Origin: a virus
Lineage: Duplodnaviria > Heunggongvirae > Uroviricota > Caudoviricetes
Virus record (IMG/VR): IMGVR_UViG_3300033143_002710
Strand: one strand, 5' to 3'
DNA length: 64,000 nt
The notes beneath the pieces are model-generated. The model was not told the DNA's origin. It saw only the letters and a list, made by a program, of their open reading frames with translations, and ran no database searches. Positions 47,049 through 56,507 of the stretch are shown here, piece by piece. Each line of letters opens with the position of its first letter. Position 1 is the stretch's first letter. Position numbers and translations under genes: made by a program.

Positions 47049-47729
47049 CTAATTGTTGTCAAAATAGTCTTTGGCTATTGCTACCAGTGCCTTTGCTGTG
47101 TCTACCTCATAGACACCTCGCATTGTACTGAGCCACCTCGCCACTAATTTTGCGTCCCCTGCTTCGAAAAATCCAAACCCCAGAACTTCCTTTATTGGAA
47201 CGCTTCTGTCTTTTGCATCTGCGCTGTCTGATTTTGCGTCGGAGACATTTTCGTTTGTGATGTCATCTTCACCGACCAGGGCTGACAAGTCCATCGAGCC
47301 AAGGTCTTGAGACATGAACTCGAGTTCCTTTTCTGACAGACCCATAGCGGCCATCAAATCGTCTGCGTCGTCTTCTGCGATCTCCATGATCTCAGCGTTC
47401 AGGATATTTGTATCAACGTCGCCAACAGCCACACGATTGTCCGCTATGCGACTGGCGTTCGCTTCTTTAGCTGTCATGTCGGTTCGAACAAGAACGGGCA
47501 CATGGGTGTACTTTAGATAGATTGCCGCAAGTCGTCTACCGTGCCCTTTTATGATTACCCCAGCGCCGTCAATTACGATTGGAACATCGAAGCCGAACTT
47601 CTGGATTGACAGGGCGATGCTCTTGACTTGCTTTTCGTCGTGAATCTTGGCGTTTCCTGGGTACGGGTGAACCTGCTCTATTGGCCAGCTTTCAACCTTT
47701 CCTTCGCCTGCTAAATTATTTGTAATCAT
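47049..47729 (-). CDS. ParB/Srx-like nuclease-domain protein
   Basis: ParB N-terminal domain with the GHGRRLAA box and the downstream VPVLVR...ADN pattern. Acidic C-terminus. Confidence 0.75.
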   Translation of the reverse strand: MITNNLAGEGKVESWPIEQVHPYPGNAKIHDEKQVKSIALSIQKFGFDVPIVIDGAGVIIKGHGRRLAAIYLKYTHVPVLVRTDMTAKEANASRIADNRVAVGDVDTNILNAEIMEIAEDDADDLMAAMGLSEKELEFMSQDLGSMDLSALVGEDDITNENVSDAKSDSADAKDRSVPIKEVLGFGFFEAGDAKLVARWLSTMRGVYEVDTAKALVAIAKDYFDNN

Positions 47730-48099
47730 TGCGGTATCTAAGCTCCTCTTTGAATAGCTCTCTTGAACTTCCGATTGATTTCTCTGAGTTCAATATGGTC
47801 TCAATGTGACTCGTTTTCATATCCATAAGGAATATTCGCTTGAGCGGTTGGTCGCCTTTCTTACCAAAAGTTCCCCATCTGAAATGCTTTCTGTTGTGTT
47901 CGTGAACGCCTTCTATTTCGACTATCGACAGGTCTTCTGCTTGGACCTCATTTGTTGATCGACCAAAATAGCTCATTCCTCCGTCTACCACGTAGAGTTC
48001 GCCGTTCTCGTCTTGATACGCCACGTAATCGTGTCGATGAAAGCTCTCGATGACTGTGCCGTCAGGGGTTTTCATTGCGTTGCGAAATATTCTACTCAT
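47716..48099 (-). CDS. hypothetical protein
   Basis: 127-aa ORF between the two ParB-like genes. Confidence 0.5.
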   Translation of the reverse strand: MSRIFRNAMKTPDGTVIESFHRHDYVAYQDENGELYVVDGGMSYFGRSTNEVQAEDLSIVEIEGVHEHNRKHFRWGTFGKKGDQPLKRIFLMDMKTSHIETILNSEKSIGSSRELFKEELRYRNDYK

Positions 48100-48736
48100 C
48101 TTTTTCCCCTAGCAGCAGAAAGACCAAAGCGTCTCCTGCATTTGTGAGTGCATTGCTTCCATCGAAACCCTGGGCTTTCATTATTTTGTTGATCACCTCT
48201 GAAATCTCTTCAGCATCTCTTACTGGAACCTTGAATCTCATAATGGTATCGGTTGGCGGAGCTTTAGTTTCATCTACCAGTGGAACGTCGTCGTCATCGT
48301 CAAGGTTCAAATCGTCGATGTCTATTTCGCTAGTGGCGATGATGGCCGATAAATCGTTGTCAGAATAGGGAAGAAAGGTTGTAATGTCTTCCAGATCGAG
48401 TTCGGCTAATACTTCTGCGAGCTTGCCTGCGTCGTCATGACCCCATCGACCGTTATCTGCCAGACCGATCTCTTTTGCCGTTACATCGTCAATCTCGCCA
48501 AGGTTGATTACCGGTAACTCAGTGAGACCCAGGCGAATGGCCGATTCCCATCTGTGGTGTCCACCCAAAATCTCCAGAACTCCGACGTCCAATTCTCGCG
48601 CTATAATTGGTTTGAAGAATCCGAGTCTTTTAATACTCGCGTCCAACTTGTGTTCGGACGCTGGATCGAGGACGTTTGGGTTCCAGGGATTGCCTCTTAG
48701 TTCGTTGGGTTCTACTATTAGGTGAGTGTAAGCCAT
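48092..48736 (-). CDS. ParB/Srx-like nuclease-domain protein (second copy)
   Basis: ILGGHHRWESAIRLGLTELPV matches the ParB box. Acidic C-terminal half. Confidence 0.7.
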   Translation of the reverse strand: MAYTHLIVEPNELRGNPWNPNVLDPASEHKLDASIKRLGFFKPIIARELDVGVLEILGGHHRWESAIRLGLTELPVINLGEIDDVTAKEIGLADNGRWGHDDAGKLAEVLAELDLEDITTFLPYSDNDLSAIIATSEIDIDDLNLDDDDDVPLVDETKAPPTDTIMRFKVPVRDAEEISEVINKIMKAQGFDGSNALTNAGDALVFLLLGEKDE

Positions 48737-48918
48737 TGTCGCTCTTTGATTGTTGCTTCGGATTTCCTTATACTATCAGTCTAATACTTTGCAGGCAAAT
48801 ATCTTGAACACCGTAACGATAATCTACAATCCGGTGGCGGCAAAAATAGTTAGCCCCACGCACCAGGTGGACCTTCATATCCAGCACATTCTGTCGTATA
48901 ACGTATCTGGCGCGGATA
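48737..48918. promoter_or_regulatory. divergent intergenic region between the minus-strand block and the plus-strand early module (expected promoters)
   Basis: 182-bp AT-rich spacer separating oppositely oriented gene blocks. Candidate -10 GATAAT/TATACT elements are present, but no confident -35/-10 pair. Confidence 0.4.
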
Positions 48919-50324
48919 TGAGTGATTCCTATCAGAGCGGTTATTGGGATGGTCGATCTAGTTTTTACGAAATGCGCAAACATAGATTCCCCGCTGGATT
49001 TGTTCCGGCAGTCATAAAGGGTCTTCGTCAATTAGGGTACGAGGTCAACTCTCGTCGAGCCAAAAAGCCAAAACCTCTTGGCCCAGAGCGTCCTATCTTT
49101 GACGAATTTCAGTACAAAGACGAACGCTACGATTTCCAAGCTGAGACCGTTGATCGACTGATAAGACACGGTTCGATGATCGCACAGGTTGCTACTGGTG
49201 GCGGCAAGTCTCGTATCGCTCAGATCGCCACCGCCAGGATACAACGTCCAACGCTTTTTCTAACCACTAGAAAGGTTTTGATGTATCAGATGAGAGGTCA
49301 TTACGTCGACATGCTAAAGTATGACGGTATGCCGAAGCACCATAAAGTAGGTGTGATGGGTGATGGGGAGTGGAGTCCGGAACCCTGGATTAATGTCGGA
49401 ATGACTCAGACACTTATCTCCAGATTAAAACCCGCTGGCGTACTTGATTCCCAAGAGAAGCAGGACGCTCAAGATAAACGAATACGAGAGACTATTGCCT
49501 TGCTCGAGCGGTTCGAGCTTGTCATTCTTGAAGAGGCTCACGAAGCGTCCGGAAACAGTTATTACGATATTATGAAACGATGTAAGAATGCTCACTATCG
49601 ACTCGCACTAACTGCCACCCCTTTCATGAAGGAAGATGAAGAGGGCAATATGAATTTGATGGCATGTGCAGGTGCCATTGGAATAAGGGTTTCTGAAAAG
49701 CAGTTGATCGACTGTGGAATTTTGGCCAGACCGGTTTTCAAATATGTCGTTCCAGAGAAGCCTAAGTTTTTGCTTAGAAACACTTCTTGGCAGGCAGCCT
49801 ATCGTCTCGGGGTCGTAGAGAGTGTTTCCAGAAATGCTTTGATTTTGCAGAACGGAATAAAGTCCTCCAAATATAACCTTCCCACTCTCGTGCTTGTGCA
49901 GCAGCAGAAACATGGAAAGATTCTCGAGGCCGCCTTTCGTAAGAATGGCGTCAGGTGTAAATTTATTTTTGGCCCAAGCAAGACGCATGAGCGCGATCTA
50001 GCTCTAAAGGAATTGGAGTCTGGCGTTATACAGGTCTTGATAGGCTCGAATATTCTGGACGTTGGTGTCGATTGTCCGGCACTTGGCATGGTCATGAATG
50101 CTGCTGGAGGAAAAGCTGAAGTCAATCTTCGCCAGAGAATCGGTCGAGGACTTCGAGCGAAGAAGGTCGGCCCAAACGTCTGCTTCTTTCTTGACTTCAC
50201 CGATATTCATAATAAACATCTTGGAAAGCATAGCGCCGCTCGACGCGGTATAGTCCAGGCTACACCTGGCTTTGCTGAGAATATACTGCTGGATTCACAG
50301 GATTTTCCATATGATTTATTCTAA
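48919..50324 (+). CDS. SF2 DEAH-type DNA helicase
   Basis: Motif I ATGGGKS, motif II LEEAHE, motif III TATP and motif VI QRIGRGLR. The track ORF starts at 48750, but the ATG at 48919 (MSDSYQ) is more plausible. Confidence 0.8.
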
Positions 50325-50354
50325 ACCTCTCTTTTCTAGTGCTATCATGCTGAT

Positions 50355-50576
50355 ATGACCTCGAACGCAGCAGAAAAAACGCCTTTGACTATTTCTTTGG
50401 AAACCAAAACGCTTGGTGTAGTCAAATTTACGGCCTTTTCTAGTATCTCTGACGCTGCGGATTACGCAATCTTACTCATATCATCAGGAGAGGCAATACC
50501 CAAGTCGATCAGGCTTGGTGATGAAGTTGTTATGAGTGAAGCCGATATCAACCTCTATTGGGAATCGTCACTATGA
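50355..50576 (+). CDS. hypothetical protein
   Basis: 73-aa ORF. Confidence 0.4.
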   Translation: MTSNAAEKTPLTISLETKTLGVVKFTAFSSISDAADYAILLISSGEAIPKSIRLGDEVVMSEADINLYWESSL

Positions 50577-50585
50577 TCCCTATTC

Positions 50586-50900
50586 TTGGAAAACGGATTT
50601 ACCAGAGTAGGAGAAATTATGTCTGATTACGATAATCGAGAATTGCTAAAGCTAATGAAGGAGCTTTCCTATCGACACTTCAATGTAGAATGGGAAAACG
50701 GACTCGAGTATATTCTTTGGCATTGGATGCACCATCCCTCTCCATTAACGGTTCATGACGAACACAGGCTTTACATGGCGCACTCTCGTGCTAAGGGATG
50801 GTTTGCGATTCTTGACGAACCCTCAGAAGGAGTTCAGTTTATGACTACCGACAAATGGATCAGACTGTTCCAGGATGAGTTTGATGGGGCGGTGAACTAA
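50586..50900 (+). CDS. hypothetical protein
   Basis: 104-aa ORF. Confidence 0.45.
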   Translation: MENGFTRVGEIMSDYDNRELLKLMKELSYRHFNVEWENGLEYILWHWMHHPSPLTVHDEHRLYMAHSRAKGWFAILDEPSEGVQFMTTDKWIRLFQDEFDGAVN

Positions 50901-50901
50901 T

Positions 50902-51117
50902 GTGGTCGCTGACAGCCCTGATGTATCTTTTGGACCGGATACGTGCAGCATATGTGAATGTGATTTTTCATTTGAAAATGAAGGTGGCGTTTCTGGCTTT
51001 ATTGGTATTATTGGCGTCTCTTTCTGCCCAACATGTCATGCCGGGCTACACGATCTCTATCTCTCGTGGTACGGCGAAGACGACAACGACGAAGTAGGAG
51101 ATAAAAATGGGAACTAA
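50902..51117 (+). CDS. zinc-ribbon protein (CxxC...CxxC)
   Basis: CSICEC ... CPTCH. Preferred over the overlapping frame 50900..51097. Its 3' end contains AGGAG for the next gene. Confidence 0.45.
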   Translation: MVADSPDVSFGPDTCSICECDFSFENEGGVSGFIGIIGVSFCPTCHAGLHDLYLSWYGEDDNDEVGDKNGN

Positions 51118-51499
51118 TTATTACTGGCATGAACAACCAGCGCCGTGCCATGCTTGCGGTCACGATAAGGCCAAGATTCTGCATATAGGCAAATCCAGTA
51201 TGGGATGGGTCTTTATGCTTCGCGTCGATCCAGAAGAGGGTCTGAACACGCTCAGAGACTGGCGAGATCGCTGGACTGAGCCCGGCTCAAAGATTTTGAG
51301 TGAGTACGGAACACTCATACAACCTTCTGGAATGAGCGAAATAATTCTTGATCGCGCAAATATGAGCGCCCCTTGGTCGGTTCAAAAACAAAAAGAAAAC
51401 GGCGCTATACAGGGTCCAAACGGTCTTTATCGTGGATTCCAAAATTTTGCGCCTATTGATGACGCCACCTATGATCTTGTTGATAAGGAATTTTTCTGA
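51107..51499 (+). CDS. hypothetical protein
   Basis: 130 aa with a CHACGH pair near the N-terminus. Confidence 0.5.
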   Translation: MGTNYYWHEQPAPCHACGHDKAKILHIGKSSMGWVFMLRVDPEEGLNTLRDWRDRWTEPGSKILSEYGTLIQPSGMSEIILDRANMSAPWSVQKQKENGAIQGPNGLYRGFQNFAPIDDATYDLVDKEFF

Positions 51500-51501
51500 C
51501 A

Positions 51502-51674
51502 TGAGAACCAAAGAAGAAGTCGAAAGTGTTAGGCTTAAAGTTAATCCATACGAGGGAAGCAAATTTCCAGGAATGACTTATGAAGAAGGTATTGAAGTTG
51601 CTTTGTCTTGGGTTTCAGGCGACACTGAAGACTTTGAGATTGAGGGAGACCCCTATTTTGACCCGGAGTACTGA
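51502..51674 (+). CDS. hypothetical small acidic protein
   Basis: ATG at 51502 directly after the upstream stop. 57 aa. Confidence 0.4.
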
Positions 51675-51675
51675 C

Positions 51676-52176
51676 ATGATAATGAGCATTAAAGGCACTA
51701 ATCTTCTAAAATTGATCGAAGAGTTTCGCGCTTATCCGTATGACGATCAAACGGGTGACGATACTGAAGTCTGGGAGCCAGGTGCCACCATTGGTTACGG
51801 CCATCTGATTAGCAAAGCTGAGTGGCCCAATTTTTGCGGCAGGCGTATCAGCACTTTTGAAGCTGATCGTATATTTGCAAAAGACCTGTTCCCTTTTGAA
51901 CTTTGCGTTAAGGATGCAATCGAAAGCTCTTTCAAGCTATTCAAAAACGAATACGACGCTTTGGTTATGCTCGCCTTCAACATCGGGAGAAGTGGCTTTG
52001 CAAGTTCGTCGGTCGTAAAGCTGATCAACGATGAACATGCGGAGACGAGTTACGACAGTTTAGAGCAGGCATGGATGGCCTGGAACAAGTCGCAGGGCAA
52101 AGTCATGCGCGGACTGATCAATCGAAGAAATGCCGAATGGCAGATATATTCCAACGGGATTTATGAACGCTGGTAA
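51676..52176 (+). CDS. endolysin, GH24 phage lysozyme (T4L/lambda R-like fold)
   Basis: EEFRAYPYDDQTGDDTEVWEPGATIGYGH has the catalytic E...D...T pattern. The C-terminus GLINRRNAEWQIY is typical of this family. Confidence 0.85.
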   Translation: MIMSIKGTNLLKLIEEFRAYPYDDQTGDDTEVWEPGATIGYGHLISKAEWPNFCGRRISTFEADRIFAKDLFPFELCVKDAIESSFKLFKNEYDALVMLAFNIGRSGFASSSVVKLINDEHAETSYDSLEQAWMAWNKSQGKVMRGLINRRNAEWQIYSNGIYERW

Positions 52177-52246
52177 GCTGCTATAATGAACACACACGTA
52201 TTCCAGTGCCATATGACGCACGATCACTAAACAAGAGGGCGGATCG

Positions 52247-52744
52247 ATGGAAGCACAGCAAACACCACTCAGAACGGCAATCATGCGCATAATGAGCGAC
52301 ATGCTTGATAATCCCTGCGAACACGGTCTGTATGATACCGGACGGTTCATGGATCGCATCGAACAACTTCTGTGCGACATGATGGCCGCACCAGAGGTTA
52401 TGCAGTTGTCTGGTTCCGAAGCAGTCTTTGGATTGCTTGCCTGGTTGACAACGAGAGACGAAACTACCGTTCTCGGTCCTCATCAGCAGGTTGACGTTAG
52501 TATTGCTACTCAATTTGTAGAGGCTAATCGTCTTGCCGAACCACGAGAGGCTTGGCATGAGTTACTGACTCACCCTAAAACTGAAGTGCCGGAAATTGCC
52601 AGTCTGTCTAGCGAAGTGGATTTTGATATCGGTAAGCCCGAATGCGGTTCTCTTCGTGCCACCTTGTTTGATTTGAACGGTAAGGTTGTCGTCACCGGTT
52701 CGCTAGAAGAAGTTATTGGCGTTCTCACGGAGAAAAAGGGGTGA
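52247..52744 (+). CDS. hypothetical protein
   Basis: 165-aa ORF. Confidence 0.5.
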   Translation: MEAQQTPLRTAIMRIMSDMLDNPCEHGLYDTGRFMDRIEQLLCDMMAAPEVMQLSGSEAVFGLLAWLTTRDETTVLGPHQQVDVSIATQFVEANRLAEPREAWHELLTHPKTEVPEIASLSSEVDFDIGKPECGSLRATLFDLNGKVVVTGSLEEVIGVLTEKKG

Positions 52745-53034
52745 TGCTTACTCTAACTCAAATTGCTACATCACTTACCGCCGTTGGCATTATCGGTGGT
52801 GGCGCTCTTACGCTCGACAGAATGCATGTTGCAACGGAAGACTTCAAAGAATACATTGAGGTGCAGCAGCAATCTGACGAAAGGGACTACGTTCTCACAC
52901 TCAAAAAGGACATTCGAGAAATCAAACTCGCGATAGCGTCGAACCCAAGTGAGGTCTATCTCATTAACGCTTTGGCCGATTCTTTGGATGATCTTTGTGA
53001 ACTTCGCCCAGACGACAGACTTTGTGAGGAATAA
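52741..53034 (+). CDS. single-TM membrane protein (possible holin/antiholin-like)
   Basis: N-terminal TM LTQIATSLTAVGIIGGGALTL followed by a charged helical region. Confidence 0.4.
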   Translation: MMLTLTQIATSLTAVGIIGGGALTLDRMHVATEDFKEYIEVQQQSDERDYVLTLKKDIREIKLAIASNPSEVYLINALADSLDDLCELRPDDRLCEE

Positions 53035-53037
53035 CCA

Positions 53038-53421
53038 ATGACGCCAGATCGTTACGATACTTTTGTGTCCGACTGTTGGATGGGCGGCGTACAACCTTTG
53101 AAAGAACAGGTTGCTGTAACCGCTCTTGGACTGGCTGGCGAATCTGCCGAGGTCATGGAAAAGGTTTTGTCTGCCGCATCAGCGTGTCTGGCTGCCGGAA
53201 ACCATGCCGAGCGAATCAAGAAGGTCACTCGCGGAGACGATCCGAAACTAAGTCATAATGTCAATGTAGGCAAAGAGCTTGGTGATATTTTGTTTTACGT
53301 ATCGAACCAGGCTCGCTTACACGGCATGACTCTTCAGGATATCATGCTGCTGAATTACGATAAGTTGTCTGGTCGGATCGAGCGTCTCGGAACTTTACGA
53401 GGTGACGGGGACAATCGATAA
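53038..53421 (+). CDS. mazG: MazG-like nucleotide pyrophosphohydrolase
   Basis: Segments GLAGESAEVMEKV and ELGDILFYV...LQDIMLLNYDKL, typical of all-alpha NTP pyrophosphatases. Confidence 0.75.
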   Translation: MTPDRYDTFVSDCWMGGVQPLKEQVAVTALGLAGESAEVMEKVLSAASACLAAGNHAERIKKVTRGDDPKLSHNVNVGKELGDILFYVSNQARLHGMTLQDIMLLNYDKLSGRIERLGTLRGDGDNR

Positions 53422-53470
53422 GGCGATCTCACTTCTACTATAATCACATTACGAAATTCAATTACGAGGG

Positions 53471-53686
53471 GTGGTCATGGGAAAGAATACGGCAAGAATC
53501 GACAACTGGTTTATAGTTGGCAATTGTCTTTGGGGCAATGTGACCGAACACAGCGTTCGACAGTTTGACCCTGACAATCTTCAGCGAACGTCCGATATCG
53601 TCAGAATTGATGAAGAGGCTGGAATTGCTGAAACTCTCAACACTCACTACACGCTCGGAAATAAACAAGAGGAACCTTTCTCATGA
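53471..53686 (+). CDS. hypothetical protein
   Basis: 71-aa ORF. Confidence 0.4.
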   Translation: MVMGKNTARIDNWFIVGNCLWGNVTEHSVRQFDPDNLQRTSDIVRIDEEAGIAETLNTHYTLGNKQEEPFS

Positions 53687-54003
53687 GAGACATTATCTTA
53701 CGCGCTGTCGAAGTAGCCAAAGGCTGGCAGTTCATACCAAGTCATTCGTTCGTCAAGATTCCTGGTCTCACCGAACCTGCCGATGTGATGCGAATCGAAT
53801 CCGTCATAATGAATGGTTTGGCGGCTCAACTCGTTTTGCAAATTGACGAGTCGGATAACTACGCCTTTCACTCAAACGATGACGGGCGATGTACCGTCAC
53901 CAATAGCGATCCGAAGAAGGATCAGCCGGAACTGTCTTCGCATCACGGAGAGTCTCGCGCTGTTAATACTCTTCATGCTATGGCTCGCGCAGGATTCATC
54001 TAA
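53683..54003 (+). CDS. hypothetical protein
   Basis: 106-aa ORF with AAGAGGAA RBS. Confidence 0.5.
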   Translation: MRDIILRAVEVAKGWQFIPSHSFVKIPGLTEPADVMRIESVIMNGLAAQLVLQIDESDNYAFHSNDDGRCTVTNSDPKKDQPELSSHHGESRAVNTLHAMARAGFI

Positions 54004-54582
54004 GTGGAAAAATCGGATTCAAAACGCGAGCGCATGGAAGAGGGCGCTCTGCTAATCACCGGCTGTCCAAGAAGCGCCACTCGATCTGTCACTAAGTATT
54101 TTGAGGATCATGGTGTAAGTCTTGGCCATGAAACTGCTGGCGAAAAGGGCACCGTTGATTGGCGACACGCTTACACGATAATGGACACGAAAAACCCGGC
54201 TTTCATTATTCAGATGACTCTCATTCGAAATCCTATCGACACTATTCGATCACTCGCGGAATTACTTACACACTGTGATCGCAGAAGTGAAACCTGGGAT
54301 TGGATACGGGCTCTTTCTACGCTTGGTAGTTGGGATGAGAAGCTGAATAATCTAGATTTTTTTGGTGCCGCCACAGACTGGTGGATAACCGTCTATGATC
54401 GTTTGATTGACTTTCCCGTATTAAAAATGGAGCATCTGCCGAAACTTCCACAGACGAATCGTCATGGGCGAATTGATCGAGGATTTGATGTCGGCGGGTT
54501 ACTTAAGGGCAATGAAGAGCTTTGGCGAGTGGCAGAAATGTACGGTTATAACCAAGAGGATTATCTCGGAGACAGTCAATGA
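54004..54582 (+). CDS. sulfotransferase-like protein (Stf0-type, PAPS-binding motifs)
   Basis: 5'-PSB-like LITGCPRSATRS and 3'-PB-like LIRNPIDTIRS. An alternative start lies at 54034. Confidence 0.55.
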   Translation: MEKSDSKRERMEEGALLITGCPRSATRSVTKYFEDHGVSLGHETAGEKGTVDWRHAYTIMDTKNPAFIIQMTLIRNPIDTIRSLAELLTHCDRRSETWDWIRALSTLGSWDEKLNNLDFFGAATDWWITVYDRLIDFPVLKMEHLPKLPQTNRHGRIDRGFDVGGLLKGNEELWRVAEMYGYNQEDYLGDSQ

Positions 54583-54956
54583 CTGACACGATCTACAGAG
54601 TTAAGATTAGGAGATACCATCTCTGTCCAATCGAAAAGTTGGAAGTTGTAAGGAGAACCGCAAAAACGGTTACTGTTATTCTCAAAGACTTCTGGCACAA
54701 AGGTAAAAACTGCGAAAGCAGATATTCATTGGAAAGCCAAGACTATCTATTTTTCGACACGCTAAAAGAAGCTGAAAATGTCGCTGAAAATATCATTACC
54801 AATCGTATGCAGGAGTCTATAACTGAAACAGAAGAATTGCGTGAACGACTCCAGGAAATATGTAAGCATGTGGCTATCAACAGTCCGTCTGATGGCAGGT
54901 GCTGTCGATGTGATTTTCGAGTGACCAATCCAGAGGATTATTGCAATGGTGGATAG
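54579..54956 (+). CDS. hypothetical protein
   Basis: 125-aa ORF. Confidence 0.45.
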   Translation: MTDTIYRVKIRRYHLCPIEKLEVVRRTAKTVTVILKDFWHKGKNCESRYSLESQDYLFFDTLKEAENVAENIITNRMQESITETEELRERLQEICKHVAINSPSDGRCCRCDFRVTNPEDYCNGG

Positions 54957-55219
54957 CTGTGAATCTCACTAACAGAAAAGGCTACTGGTTCAAATTGTTT
55001 GTTGCGTTGAGTATTTTGGTCAATGCAATATTTGGCGGTCAAATGTATGAGTCTGCTTGTGCAAAGGCGTGGCGAATGAGACATTACGGTGGATTTCGCG
55101 GACTGTGGGCTGTTATAACTATTTGGCTAATGAACTTTTTTGAAAGGGATCATTGCAGAAAAAGCGAAATTGCATACAAGAGAATTCAATCTGGACTAAA
55201 CAAGGGCAGAATCGAATGA
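54941..55219 (+). CDS. small membrane protein
   Basis: Two hydrophobic helices. Confidence 0.4.
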   Translation: MQWWIAVNLTNRKGYWFKLFVALSILVNAIFGGQMYESACAKAWRMRHYGGFRGLWAVITIWLMNFFERDHCRKSEIAYKRIQSGLNKGRIE

Positions 55220-56427
55220 TATATCATAAGGGTGAAAGAGTTCACGCGAAAATTTGGACAAACCAGGTCGAAGAGTCGGCTATGAAGCAGATCGATGATC
55301 TCTGTGGTCTGCCGTTTATTCACAAACATATAGCGGTCATGCCAGACGTTCATGCTGGTTATGGCTCGACCGTTGGCTCTGTAATCCCAACCAGAGGAGC
55401 TATCATTCCTTCTGCCGTTGGTGTCGACATTGGATGCGGAATGATGGCTATTCAGCTTGATCTTAATGCGGCCCAACTTCCGGACAGTTTGTTGGATGCC
55501 AGACTTTCTATTGAAGCCAGTGTTCCTCATGGTCGCTCCGCAAATGGAGGGCCAGGTGACAAAGGCGCTTGGGATAATTTACCGACTGATGTTGGGGATT
55601 TGTGGCGAGCCGAATTGTACGACGGTCTTATGGATATCTCTGAGCGTCATCCAAAAATTCTTAAAGGCCATGTCAACACGCATAGACATCTTGGAACTCT
55701 TGGTACGGGCAATCATTTCATCGAAGTGTGTCTTGACGAGACGGACGCCGTTTGGGTGATGCTGCACTCAGGCTCTCGTGGAATTGGAAATCGAATTGGC
55801 CAGTATTTTATCAATCTCGCCAAAGAGGATATGAGAAAGTGGTTTATCAATCTTCCAGAAAAAGACCTGTCTTATTTTCCAGAAGGCACCGATCACTTTG
55901 ATGATTATTGGAAGGCTGTATCTTGGGCGCAAGAATACGCCTCTATGAATCGTGAAATTATGATGGCTAGGACTCTCGTCGCTCTTCGTCATTCGCTGGG
56001 TTTAGGAATACACATTCAAAAGAAGGCTGTGAACTGTCATCACAACTACGTCGCGCTGGAAAATCACTTTGGTGCCAATGTATACGTTACACGCAAAGGC
56101 GCTGTTAGAGCGCGTGTGGGTGACTTGGGGATCATTCCGGGAAGCATGGGTACGCGATCATACATAGTCGAGGGACTTGGCAACAAAGATTCGTTCAATT
56201 CCTGCTCTCACGGCGCTGGTCGAATCATGAGTCGCACAAAGGCTCGAAAGATATTCACCGTTGATGATTTGGAAAAGCAGACAATTGGTGTAGAATGTAG
56301 GAAGGACTCTGATGTGATTGATGAAATCCCAGGTTCCTACAAGGACATCGACGAAGTGATGGCAAATCAGGCTGATCTCGTTAAGCCGATCCACACTCTT
56401 CGTCAGATTGTTTGTGTGAAAGGATAA
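55216..56427 (+). CDS. rtcB: RtcB RNA ligase
   Basis: MPDVHAGYG, GVDIGCGM, GTGNHFIE, HSGSRGIGN, CHHNYV and HGAGR motifs. Likely start is the ATG at 55216. Confidence 0.95.
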   Translation: MIYHKGERVHAKIWTNQVEESAMKQIDDLCGLPFIHKHIAVMPDVHAGYGSTVGSVIPTRGAIIPSAVGVDIGCGMMAIQLDLNAAQLPDSLLDARLSIEASVPHGRSANGGPGDKGAWDNLPTDVGDLWRAELYDGLMDISERHPKILKGHVNTHRHLGTLGTGNHFIEVCLDETDAVWVMLHSGSRGIGNRIGQYFINLAKEDMRKWFINLPEKDLSYFPEGTDHFDDYWKAVSWAQEYASMNREIMMARTLVALRHSLGLGIHIQKKAVNCHHNYVALENHFGANVYVTRKGAVRARVGDLGIIPGSMGTRSYIVEGLGNKDSFNSCSHGAGRIMSRTKARKIFTVDDLEKQTIGVECRKDSDVIDEIPGSYKDIDEVMANQADLVKPIHTLRQIVCVKG

Positions 56428-56502
56428 TGGCGAGTAGCTCAATGGTAGAGTGCCTGACTGTTAATCAGGGGGTTGTAGGTTCGAGTCCTACCTTGCCAGC
56501 CA
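56428..56502 (+). tRNA. tRNA-Asn (anticodon GTT), CCA encoded
   Basis: TGGCGAG TA GCTC AATGGTA GAGT G CCTGA CTGTTAA TCAGG GGGTT GTAGG TTCGAGT CCTAC CTTGCCA G CCA. Starts on the nucleotide after the rtcB stop. Confidence 0.85.
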
Positions 56503-56507
56503 GTATT

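Noticed and set aside
50900-51097. Alternative frame ORF (hydrophobic 65 aa) overlapping the zinc-ribbon ORF 50902..51117
   Set aside because: The other frame has paired CxxC motifs and its 3' end provides the RBS and overlap for the next gene. Only one of the two can be real, and the Zn-ribbon frame looks more protein-like.
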